From Nitrospinaceae bacterium (GTDB lineage: Bacteria > Nitrospinota > Nitrospinia > Nitrospinales > Nitrospinaceae), in NCBI GenBank assembly GCA_965237905.1, contig OZ250172.1, forward strand, positions 2,912,001-2,976,000: a stretch of DNA of 64,000 bases, given 5' to 3'. The position numbers were made by a program, and so were the translations under genes. The notes beneath the pieces were generated by a model. It was not told the DNA's origin. It did no database searches and saw nothing but the letters and a program-made list of their open reading frames with translations. This document shows, piece after piece, positions 9,350 to 17,967 of the stretch (positions within the stretch are counted from its first letter, which is position 1; each line of letters starts with the position of its first letter).

Positions 9350-10195
9350 TCAGGATTTGACCTGAACGGTCAGGATCAGGTCGCCCCGTTGCTCCTTGAC
9401 TAGAGAGCCTTTCTCGCGCAGGCGTAGTTTTTTGCCGGAAGAAATCCCGGGAGGGATGCTGACTTGGAGGTTCTCTGAGCTTTCTCCGATCCGATAGGAA
9501 ATCTGTTTTTTGGCTCCCGATTGCGCTTCGCCCGGGGTGATGGAAATGTTGTAGTACAGGTTGGGATCATCCTTGCCAGAGGCGTCTTTGCTGGGCTTCG
9601 CGAACAGGTTCTTGATGGAATTCGCCATGGAGGGAAGAGACTTCTTTCGCGTATTGGATTTTGGGTGCCCTTGAGCCGCCTGGTTCCTTTTTTTGAAAGC
9701 GTATAGGGAAGAGCCGACCGTACTCAACAGCCATAAGCCGGTTCCGATTTTTCCGATGGGGCCGGGAATCATTCGCAGGAACTTGGCGAGTCCTCCGGCG
9801 GTGCCGAAAAAAACCGCGCCAAAATAGCCCGGCCCTGTGCGGAAACCGGATTGCTTGAAATCGGTATTCAGATCGTTGAAAATGTCTCTACCAAATGCCT
9901 GGCGGAACATGTTCTCAAATATTTCCTGCTGACTGTAGCGAAATTGAGGTTCTCCCCGGGCTCCGGTGAACGGGCTGGCCCGAAACCGGTCATATTCCTT
10001 GCGCTTCAGGGGGTCCATGAGGACACCATAGGCTTCGGTGATTTCCTTGAATCGATCCTCGCTTTTGGGATCGTTGGGATTGCGATCGGGGTGGTGTTCC
10101 AAGGCCATCTGACGGTAGGACTTTTTGATCTGTTCTTGCGTGGCTTTTTCAGGAACTCCCAGAATCTGATAATAATCTTTGTTGTGCGTTTTCAT
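9350..10195 (-). CDS. J-domain co-chaperone (CbpA/DnaJ-like, no zinc finger)
   Basis: DYYQILGV...HHPD...FKEITEAY J-domain; C-terminal IPPGISSGKKLRLREKG...GDL DnaJ_C segment. Confidence 0.9.
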   Translation of the reverse strand: MKTHNKDYYQILGVPEKATQEQIKKSYRQMALEHHPDRNPNDPKSEDRFKEITEAYGVLMDPLKRKEYDRFRASPFTGARGEPQFRYSQQEIFENMFRQAFGRDIFNDLNTDFKQSGFRTGPGYFGAVFFGTAGGLAKFLRMIPGPIGKIGTGLWLLSTVGSSLYAFKKRNQAAQGHPKSNTRKKSLPSMANSIKNLFAKPSKDASGKDDPNLYYNISITPGEAQSGAKKQISYRIGESSENLQVSIPPGISSGKKLRLREKGSLVKEQRGDLILTVQVKS

Positions 10196-10210
10196 CTTAA
10201 TAGATCCAGC

Positions 10211-10750
10211 CTACATACCCAGTTGTTGCGGATAGGTGGCCTCGGCGACCTCCGGTCCTTCCAGTCGCGTGTTCTGTTTGGTCGTTGCCAGTCGATAGGT
10301 ATCATCTTTGTAAAGACTTTGATTGAGGTTCAAAAAATCGACCCGGATCGGAGTGGAGGGAATTTCCACATCCTTTGCCAGGGGTGCAATGACAAAATCC
10401 TCCGTACTCAGAACATCCCGGTATTTCCGTTTCATATTCAAATTATAGGCTTTGTATCCGGGTACCGCCTCCGCGCCCAGGTAGGGCTCCTTGTTCAGCA
10501 CTTTGTATTGTTCGGGAATATAGACATTGGCGAAATAGTCCGGCCCCAGGGAGTGATGGACCATGGCATGGATCTGCAACACCCGCAGGCTCTCGTCGGT
10601 CGGAGACATTTTTATACTTACATAATATGTCCGGTCGTGAAACCATAGATTTTCAAGAAAGACGATTCCAAACGTAATTTTGAACATAGCTTGCAGAGTG
10701 ATTCCCAAAACCAGCAAACCGAATATTTTCCAGAATTTTTTCACTTTCAA
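10211..10750 (-). CDS. Hypothetical membrane-anchored protein
   Basis: 179-aa ORF with an N-terminal hydrophobic segment, codirectional with and 15 bp from the J-domain gene. Confidence 0.7.
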   Translation of the reverse strand: MKVKKFWKIFGLLVLGITLQAMFKITFGIVFLENLWFHDRTYYVSIKMSPTDESLRVLQIHAMVHHSLGPDYFANVYIPEQYKVLNKEPYLGAEAVPGYKAYNLNMKRKYRDVLSTEDFVIAPLAKDVEIPSTPIRVDFLNLNQSLYKDDTYRLATTKQNTRLEGPEVAEATYPQQLGM

Positions 10751-10939
10751 GTCCCTGTGTAATTCCTTAAGATGAATAATTCTTTGCTTTTAAACAAAAA
10801 TAACAGGTTTTTCCAGTTAATTATATATAAAATGGGGGTTGGCGGTGAGGCGTTTTATGAATTATTTCATATTGATACGGCTAAAAGCAACCTCTTGTCA
10901 CCGCCCGGCGAAACTCCGCCGTATTCGGTGGGAAAAGAC

Positions 10940-11560
10940 ATGAAACTGGACCGGGGATATCTGATTGTGCTGGAAGGGGTTGACGGGACGGGGAAATCCA
11001 CTCAGTGTGGGTTGCTGGCGGATTACTTGGAGTCTACTGGATACCCGGTGGTTCGTTTGCGTGAACCGACCCAGGGGGTGTGGGGGCAGAAGATCCGCAA
11101 AATCCTGACGGAAGGGCGCGGGGATGTGACTCCCGAAGAGGAGTTGCAGTATTTTATCAATGACCGCAAAGAGGACGTCGAGCAGAATATTGCACCGGCA
11201 CTGGAGCAGGGCAAAATCGTGTTGATTGACCGGTACTATTATTCCACCGCCGCCTATCAGGGGGCGTTGGGGTTTGACCCGAAGAAGATTATAGACGATA
11301 ACGAAGCGTTTGCCCCGCGCCCGGACCGGGTTTTTATTATTCAGGGATCGCTGGATGAAAGTTTCAGAAGGATCGAGCAGGGCCGGGACAGTTTCAGTTC
11401 TTTCGAAAAGCGCGACTATCTGGAGAAGGTTCGAAATATTTTTGATACGTTTACCGGCGACACTATTCGCCGGATCAATGGTAATCCTCCGATAGAAGAA
11501 GTTCAACAGGTTCTTCGGCAAGAGGTCAATGCCTTGTTGGGACTTAAGGAAACCTCATGA
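10940..11560 (+). CDS. tmk: Thymidylate kinase
   Basis: EGVDGTGKST P-loop, REP, and DRYYYSTAAYQG. ATG at 10940 preferred over the longer ORF start. Confidence 0.95.
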   Translation: MKLDRGYLIVLEGVDGTGKSTQCGLLADYLESTGYPVVRLREPTQGVWGQKIRKILTEGRGDVTPEEELQYFINDRKEDVEQNIAPALEQGKIVLIDRYYYSTAAYQGALGFDPKKIIDDNEAFAPRPDRVFIIQGSLDESFRRIEQGRDSFSSFEKRDYLEKVRNIFDTFTGDTIRRINGNPPIEEVQQVLRQEVNALLGLKETS

Positions 11561-12111
11561 AACGATTTATCATTGGCATTACCGGAGCCAGCGGCGTTTG
11601 TTATGCCAAGCGGTTGTTCGACGTTTTGCAACCGAAAGCGGAACTGCATGTCATCATCTCCGAGCGGGGAGGCGAACTGTTGAAGCTGGAGCTGGATTTG
11701 ACCTCCAAATATTTCGCTAAAGAGAATGTGACGGTTGACAAAAACTCGAAGATCAATGCCTCGATCGCCAGCGGCTCGTTTCCAATAGACGGCATGGTGG
11801 TGGTTCCCGCCAGCATGGGAACGATCGGCCGCATCGCCGCCGGAACCTCGGAAAGCCTGATCGAGCGGGCGGCGGACGTGGCGCTGAAAGAGCGCAACAA
11901 ACTCATTCTGGTGCCGCGGGAAACTCCGTTCAGTCAGATTCATTTAAAGAACATGCTCACGTTGGATCAGGCAGGCGCGTTGATCCTTCCGGCCAATCCG
12001 GCGTTTTACCAGAACCCGCAATCGGTCGACGATCTGGTGGATTTCGTGGTCGCGCGCATTTTGAATCAGCTGGATGTGGATCACGATTTAACCGAACCCT
12101 ATAAGCCTTGA
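11557..12111 (+). CDS. ubiX: Flavin prenyltransferase
   Basis: GITGASG, IASGS, PASMGT, RAADVALKE, PRETP and PAFY motifs. Confidence 0.95.
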   Translation: MKRFIIGITGASGVCYAKRLFDVLQPKAELHVIISERGGELLKLELDLTSKYFAKENVTVDKNSKINASIASGSFPIDGMVVVPASMGTIGRIAAGTSESLIERAADVALKERNKLILVPRETPFSQIHLKNMLTLDQAGALILPANPAFYQNPQSVDDLVDFVVARILNQLDVDHDLTEPYKP

Positions 12112-12130
12112 GAATAGGAATTACCCTGAC

Positions 12131-13321
12131 ATGATTTATTTGGATAATGCCGCCACCACGCCCATGGACCCTGAAGTGATTGATGAGGTTCAGGAATCGA
12201 TGCGCAAGGACTTCGCCAACTCGGGAACCGTCTATTCGTTGGGGTTGGACGCCAAGAAAAAGATTGAAGAGGCTGAGAACCAGATACGCGATAGTTTGTC
12301 CATTCCGCCCGATTATAAAATTATCTTCACCAGCGGGGGCAGTGAGTCTAACAATCTCTTCATTAAAGGCTATGGCTTTCCCGACAGGAAAATGGCGTGT
12401 CTGGGCCTCGAACATCCGAGCGTCACTCAAACGTTGGAGTCCTTTCGTGAGTTTGGCAACGAGCCGGTTTCGTTGCTGGACTTGCAAAAGGAAGGCCGAC
12501 TGGATTTGTCCGCCATTCCCCGGTTAAAGAAAGAGAAAGTCCGGCTGTTGTGCCTGTCTCATGTGAATAACGAACTGGGTAGTGTGAATGATCCCACTCT
12601 ATTGTTACCGGCACTGGCAGAGCAAGCGCCTCAGACGCGTTTGTTTCTCGATGGCGTGCAGGCGGTGGGCAAACTAAAACTATCTCCTGCAATGTGGCAG
12701 GGTTTGGCGGGATATTCGATTTCCGGCCATAAAATCAATGGACCGAAGGGCATCGGATTATTGGTGATCGAAGGCAAGCTGGACTTGAAACCGCAGATCC
12801 ATGGCGGGCAACAACAACATCGCCTGCGTTCAGGAACCTTGCCGGTTCCCTTAATCGTCGGCCTGGTTCACGCGATCAAACGTACCATCAAGAAAACAGA
12901 TGAGACGGTGAAGAATAATCAGCAATTGTTTCACCATCTGGTGAAAGGACTGGAAAGTCTCGCAGATAGCCTGCCTGAGTTGAATCTTCAGTTTAATTCT
13001 TCATTGTCCGAGGATCTGTCCCATCAGTCTCCATCCATCGTTAATTTTCGTTTCGCGCCGGTGGAAGGGGAGGTGATGCTCCACCACTTGGAGGAAAAGG
13101 GAATTTATGTGGGGCTGGGAAGCGCTTGCAGTGCCCATTCCAAGGAACCGTCGAAAATTCTGACGGGTATCGGGTTGACGCCGGAAGAGGCCCGATGCAG
13201 TTTGAGAATTTCTTTCGGTCCACAAAACACCTTTGCTGATGTTGACGCTTTTCTTGAGGCCTTCGGCGAGGCTTACCGCCAACTTTATTCTACCTTTAAC
13301 CGTAAAACCGCCCACAAATGA
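12131..13321 (+). CDS. Cysteine desulfurase (IscS/NifZ-like)
   Basis: YLDNAATTP, FTSGGSESNN, SGHKINGPKG (PLP Lys) and GSACS (catalytic Cys). Confidence 0.93.
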   Translation: MIYLDNAATTPMDPEVIDEVQESMRKDFANSGTVYSLGLDAKKKIEEAENQIRDSLSIPPDYKIIFTSGGSESNNLFIKGYGFPDRKMACLGLEHPSVTQTLESFREFGNEPVSLLDLQKEGRLDLSAIPRLKKEKVRLLCLSHVNNELGSVNDPTLLLPALAEQAPQTRLFLDGVQAVGKLKLSPAMWQGLAGYSISGHKINGPKGIGLLVIEGKLDLKPQIHGGQQQHRLRSGTLPVPLIVGLVHAIKRTIKKTDETVKNNQQLFHHLVKGLESLADSLPELNLQFNSSLSEDLSHQSPSIVNFRFAPVEGEVMLHHLEEKGIYVGLGSACSAHSKEPSKILTGIGLTPEEARCSLRISFGPQNTFADVDAFLEAFGEAYRQLYSTFNRKTAHK

Positions 13322-14511
13322 ACGAACGCAGAACCATCCTGGTCCGGTACGACGAGATCGGACTCAAGGGAAAAAATAGGGATCAGTTCATCAATCGTCT
13401 GGTGAAAAACATCCAGATGCAAATGAAAGATTTGGAGGGATTAAAGTTCAAGGTGCCCCACGGGCGGATTTTTATTTATAGTTCCAAAGAATTGACCGAA
13501 GAATGCACGCGAAGGCTCCAGAGAATTCCAGGAGTGGCCTCGGCCAGTGTCGGCGTGACACGCGACCCGGAATTTGACGCCCTGGCCGCCGTCGGCGTGG
13601 AATGGATTGAGCCGCTGTTGCAACCGGGCGAGACTTTTAAATTCTGCGTTCGCACCAACCGGGCGGATAAATCCTACCCGCACAAATCGCCGGAGATCGA
13701 CCGCGAAGTGGGATCGCGTGTTCTCCGGCAATTGCACTCGAAAGGACTCGAGGTGAGCATTAAGGAAGCCGACTTTATTCTGGAAATTGAGATCGGCCAG
13801 GACGAGACGGTGGTTTTTAACAACCGGGTTCCCGGTTTGCGGGGATTGCCTGTTGGAAGTTCAGGGGATATTCTTGGCCTCATTTCCGGAGGCATAGACA
13901 GTCCGGTGGCGTTGTACAGGATGATGAAGCGCGGATGCCGGGCGCATGGAATTTTTTTTGACAATCAGCCGTTCATGGGGCGTGGCGGTTACGACAAGGT
14001 GGTGAAGCTCTCCAAACTTCTCAATGGCTATCAGGGGAAGGCCCGTCTTTACGTGGTGCCCTTTGAGGATATTCAGGTGGCAATCCGCGACGAGTGCCGT
14101 CCCGCTCACCGTGTGGTGCTGTACCGGCGGATGATGTACCGCATCGCCCAGGTGGTGGCCCAGCAAAAAGGTTGTCTGGCCCTGGCTACCGGCGAGTCCG
14201 TGGGTCAAGTCGCTTCCCAGACGCTCGAAAATCTGAATGCGGTTTCCGATGTCGTCACCCTGAGTGTGTTTCGTCCGTTGATCGGTATGAACAAACAGGA
14301 GATCATCAACGAGGCGAAAGAATTGGAAACTTATGACATCAGTATTGAACCGCATCCGGATTGTTGCTCGGTCTTCATGCCGCCGCGACCTGCGATCCGC
14401 GCCAAAGTCGCGGACCTGGAAATTGATGAAACAAAGTACCCCTGGGAAATATTGATGCTGGAAGCGATATCAAAAATGGAAACGGTTGACCTCGATACCC
14501 TAACCGTCTGA
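13318..14511 (+). CDS. thiI: tRNA 4-thiouridine synthase (no rhodanese domain)
   Basis: YDEIGLKGKNR, THUMP region, SGGIDSPVA PP-loop, GESVGQVASQT and PDCC. Confidence 0.95.
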   Translation: MNERRTILVRYDEIGLKGKNRDQFINRLVKNIQMQMKDLEGLKFKVPHGRIFIYSSKELTEECTRRLQRIPGVASASVGVTRDPEFDALAAVGVEWIEPLLQPGETFKFCVRTNRADKSYPHKSPEIDREVGSRVLRQLHSKGLEVSIKEADFILEIEIGQDETVVFNNRVPGLRGLPVGSSGDILGLISGGIDSPVALYRMMKRGCRAHGIFFDNQPFMGRGGYDKVVKLSKLLNGYQGKARLYVVPFEDIQVAIRDECRPAHRVVLYRRMMYRIAQVVAQQKGCLALATGESVGQVASQTLENLNAVSDVVTLSVFRPLIGMNKQEIINEAKELETYDISIEPHPDCCSVFMPPRPAIRAKVADLEIDETKYPWEILMLEAISKMETVDLDTLTV

Positions 14512-14997
14512 GGAGAGGCGGTTCACCTGTTGCGGATTCGGGATTTCCATTAACAGAGTTTGGATCGATTTTTTAAGTTTGGGATGAATGAACTCCGGCG
14601 CGATTTCGCTCATGGGCGCCAGAACAAAACTTCTTTCAGGAATTCCGGGATGAGGAATTTCCAACCCTTCCTGTTTTAAAATCAAATCATCATAGAAAAG
14701 AATATCAAGATCAATGATGCGGGGTCCCCATTTTTCCGTGCGGGTTCGACCCATTGCTTGTTCGATGAACAGACACGCCTGAAGCAACTCCTCAGGAGAG
14801 AGGGGGGTTGTGAGCTGGACCACGGAATTGACGAACCAGTCTTGGTCGGTAATGCCGAACGGTTCCGATTGATACAGAGAGGAACGGGCGACGAGGGTGA
14901 GGTCGGAGTGTGCGTTGAGATGTTCGACCGCCTTTAAGCAGTTCTCCGCCGGTGACTCCAGATTGGAACCGATGCCGATGTAAGCGGTGTGGGGCAT
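14500..14997 (-). CDS. folK: 2-amino-4-hydroxy-6-hydroxymethyldihydropteridine diphosphokinase
   Basis: YIGIGSNL, WGPRIIDLDIL, and PHP...RSFVLAP. Confidence 0.96.
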   Translation of the reverse strand: MPHTAYIGIGSNLESPAENCLKAVEHLNAHSDLTLVARSSLYQSEPFGITDQDWFVNSVVQLTTPLSPEELLQACLFIEQAMGRTRTEKWGPRIIDLDILFYDDLILKQEGLEIPHPGIPERSFVLAPMSEIAPEFIHPKLKKSIQTLLMEIPNPQQVNRLSSDG

Positions 14998-15017
14998 GGG
15001 AGAGGACTCCCTTTATT

Positions 15018-16259
15018 CTAAAATTCAAAAGTGACCGACGACAGTCGATTTTTGATTTCACCCATGATGCGGGTTTCATCCGCCGGGTCTTTGGCCGCAA
15101 ACGTGGCGGAGAACCGGACGAAGTTGCCGGCGTCGTCCCAGGGTACGGTGGAGATCAGGTGCTCGGTGATCAGGTACTGCGAGAAATCTTCCGCGCTCTC
15201 AAATTTTCTTCCGCCGGCGATGCCTTTCGGCGCCTTCACGAATAGAAAGAACGATCCGCCGGGCATTTTCGCATGGAAGCCGACCGAGTTCAAAGCATCG
15301 ACCAGCAAAGTAAGCCGCCGTTGGTATTTTTCCACGATGCGTGCGGTGATCTCCGGGTGCTCAAGGGCATAGATGGCCGCTTTTTGAATGGCGGCGAACT
15401 GGCCGGAGTCGATGTTGTCTTTCACGTGAGCGAGGCCTTTCACTACCAATTCGTTGCCGACGATAAAAGCGATGCGCCATCCTGTCATGTTGTACGCTTT
15501 GGAATGCGAATGAAGCTCCACGCCGACATCCATGGCACCCGGTACGGAAAGGAAGCTGATGGGTTTGGCGTTGTAGGTGAGCGTCGCATAAGCGGCGTCC
15601 TGGATAACGACGATACTGTTGGCTTTGGCGAATGCGACCACTTCCTCATAAAACTTGCGGGTGGCGTTGGCGCCGGTCGGATTGTTGGGATAATTGATGT
15701 ACAGTAATTTTGCCTTCTTCGCCGTCGCTGCGTCGATGCTCTTGAGGTCGGGTAAAAAATTATTTTCCTCTTTTAACTCCAGATTAACCACTTGGCCATC
15801 CAGGAATTGCGTGTGTGTTCCCATCACCGGATAACCCGGTATGGTCATCAATGTGATGTCTCCCGGATTGATGAAGATGGAAGGCGCCATCGCCAGACAC
15901 GGCTTCGACCCGATAGTATGGTTGACGTGTTTCTTGGGGTCGAGTCCCTTCACGCCGAAGGTTTTCTCCATGTGCTGGACAGCGGCGGATTTGAATTCAT
16001 CGATTCCGTTGTCGGTGTATCCCCGGTTCCCGGGTTTAGCCGCTTCCGCCTGGAGAGCCTTCACGACTCCGGCATCGGCCATTTCATCCGGCTCGCCGAC
16101 GCCCATGTCGAACAGCTCCTTGCCGGGATTAGCTTCCAGTGCCGCCCGCTTGGCGCGTTTGATTTTTTCGAATTTATATATTTTGGTGTCTTTGCCGAAC
16201 TGGTTTCCGCCCAGACGGTCGGCAAAGAGATTTTGAATATAACTTTCAGTCGATGGCAT
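15018..16259 (-). CDS. dapL: LL-diaminopimelate aminotransferase (class I/II PLP aminotransferase)
   Basis: YKFEKIKRAK, GVGEPD, NYPNNPTG, DAAY and SKAYNMTGWRI. The dapL assignment comes from recognition of the subfamily. Confidence 0.8.
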   Translation of the reverse strand: MPSTESYIQNLFADRLGGNQFGKDTKIYKFEKIKRAKRAALEANPGKELFDMGVGEPDEMADAGVVKALQAEAAKPGNRGYTDNGIDEFKSAAVQHMEKTFGVKGLDPKKHVNHTIGSKPCLAMAPSIFINPGDITLMTIPGYPVMGTHTQFLDGQVVNLELKEENNFLPDLKSIDAATAKKAKLLYINYPNNPTGANATRKFYEEVVAFAKANSIVVIQDAAYATLTYNAKPISFLSVPGAMDVGVELHSHSKAYNMTGWRIAFIVGNELVVKGLAHVKDNIDSGQFAAIQKAAIYALEHPEITARIVEKYQRRLTLLVDALNSVGFHAKMPGGSFFLFVKAPKGIAGGRKFESAEDFSQYLITEHLISTVPWDDAGNFVRFSATFAAKDPADETRIMGEIKNRLSSVTFEF

Positions 16260-16312
16260 TCGCTAAACTCCGTGCTTTATAAAAGTTAAGAGGTTAATCT
16301 GCAAAGTCGGTC

Positions 16313-16341
16313 AATGTAGCCAAACTCAGGCGTGTTGTCAA
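16313..16341 (-). promoter_or_regulatory. Sigma70-type promoter for dapL-folK
   Basis: Minus strand TTGACA-N17-TACATT, about 55 bp upstream of the start codon. Confidence 0.55.
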
Positions 16342-16380
16342 GTTGCGCAATGGAGGACTGAAGCCGATCGAGAATTTAGA

Positions 16381-16815
16381 TCAAGTCCTTTCCTTTTCTT
16401 CGTCGGCTCCTTCGTCGTCCGTATCTTCCTCGGTCATATCCTCTTCGGTGACCAGATTGGCCGTTTTCTGCGAGTACCTCAGGTACTTGATGATTTCAGT
16501 AATTTCGTCGGCGCTCACGTTATTTTTTTGCGGCGGCATTTTGTCCGTTCCGTTGAGAATCGTTTCGCGGAGTTCGTCATTGGAGAACTCTTTTTCGATA
16601 TAATCGGTGTTAATCAGTTTCGGCGCTTTTGTTTGCATGCCCATGCCATCGGAACCGTGGCAGTTTGAGCAAACGCGATGAAAATACTCCTGACCTTTCT
16701 TGAACTCCTGCGGCACTTCCTTGGTGGGTTGCGGGGCACAGGCGGCCACGCAAGACAGTAATGCTAACAGTATGAAATTCCACCTGTAGTTTTTCATTGG
16801 TTTTTTCCTATCCAT
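16381..16815 (-). CDS. Monoheme cytochrome c lipoprotein with acidic tail
   Basis: CSNCH heme motif, distal KMPP Met, lipobox-like VAAC and a Glu/Asp-rich C-terminus. Start is 16815 or 16797. Confidence 0.88.
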   Translation of the reverse strand: MDRKKPMKNYRWNFILLALLSCVAACAPQPTKEVPQEFKKGQEYFHRVCSNCHGSDGMGMQTKAPKLINTDYIEKEFSNDELRETILNGTDKMPPQKNNVSADEITEIIKYLRYSQKTANLVTEEDMTEEDTDDEGADEEKERT

Positions 16816-16887
16816 GTTGATGTTGTCTAAGGGGTTTCCCCTATCCGAAAGGTCATGGGCCGGGACCAAAGAAATGCTATTTTAGAG

Positions 16888-17928
16888 CTATTTCAAGACA
16901 AATGAAATGGGAAGTTTGAATTGGAAGGTATCTGTCTTCAATTCGGGCGGGATCTCAGGATAGGGTGCGGCCTGGTGTACTGCTGCCAATGCCGCCTGGT
17001 CCAGTAATTGATAACCGGAAGTCTGTGCCAGATCGACTGCCATTAATCGGCCGCCCTTGCCCAGGGTGAAGGCGATGATGGGCTGACCCTCCATGCCCCT
17101 GCGCCGTGCCATCCTGGGATAATATTTGGCATTCGCGATGCGTTGCCGGACCTGGCCGGTAAACAATCCGCGCAAACCATTCAGATCGGCATCAGGGGCA
17201 TCATGATCAGCTGGTGAGCTTTGGGATAATTCTCTGGGAAGAGCGGCAAATTCATCCCTTACAGTTTCTTCGGAGGTGGGTTGTTCCACCGCGGGCTGAG
17301 AGACCAGACCGGCCTGCGAGTGGGTTATGGATTGGGTCGGACGGGGCAGGGGACGAATCATGCTGGATTGCGGTTCTGCCGATCCGGTTGCAATAGCGGT
17401 TTGCGCTGGAGTGTCGGGAATTTTCGAGGCGTGGACTTCCGAAATGGGAGATCGGCGGTGAACAACTGCCCTTTGATGATGCTGTGAAAAGTTTGCCGGT
17501 ACCACAGCCGGGAATAATTGGGTGTTCGCAAAGAAGATCGGCTGAGCCGTCTGGCGTTTAATTGGTTTTCTATGAGATCGAATCATCTGCCGGGCCATTT
17601 TTGCAGGCTGCAGGGTTGGAACCGAAAGATTTGGAGTCCTGGGAATAAGACTCACTTTTGAATTCGGATGAATAGCCAAGGGTCGAGCCGGCACCATTGG
17701 AGTGGGTTCGGGTGAATTCGACGTCTCAGTAGACTGGGATGAAGATGGGGTCTGTAAAAATTTCACAGTAACAACTTTAGGTGGAACTTTTTCCGGGGCC
17801 GTCCAATCCCATTGCCAGGACGAATAAAGCACAAACAGCCCGACATGCAGAAACAGGGAACCTGCGAGGGCGAGGTTCCCCAGAGTTCTGCCTGGCAATT
17901 TGGATGTTGAAATCGAATTCATATTCAA
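16888..17928 (-). CDS. tonB: Energy transducer TonB
   Basis: N-terminal TM with SLFLH, Pro-rich linker, and C-terminal YPRMARRRGMEG...SGYQLLDQAAL. Confidence 0.9.
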   Translation of the reverse strand: MNMNSISTSKLPGRTLGNLALAGSLFLHVGLFVLYSSWQWDWTAPEKVPPKVVTVKFLQTPSSSQSTETSNSPEPTPMVPARPLAIHPNSKVSLIPRTPNLSVPTLQPAKMARQMIRSHRKPIKRQTAQPIFFANTQLFPAVVPANFSQHHQRAVVHRRSPISEVHASKIPDTPAQTAIATGSAEPQSSMIRPLPRPTQSITHSQAGLVSQPAVEQPTSEETVRDEFAALPRELSQSSPADHDAPDADLNGLRGLFTGQVRQRIANAKYYPRMARRRGMEGQPIIAFTLGKGGRLMAVDLAQTSGYQLLDQAALAAVHQAAPYPEIPPELKTDTFQFKLPISFVLK

Positions 17929-17967
17929 AGGATGGAAAGAGGCGAACCTCCTCCCATTTTTTATCAG

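Noticed and set aside
10772..10939. N-terminal extension of Tmk in the ORF track
   Set aside because: AT-rich divergent promoter region; family homology starts at the ATG at 10940.
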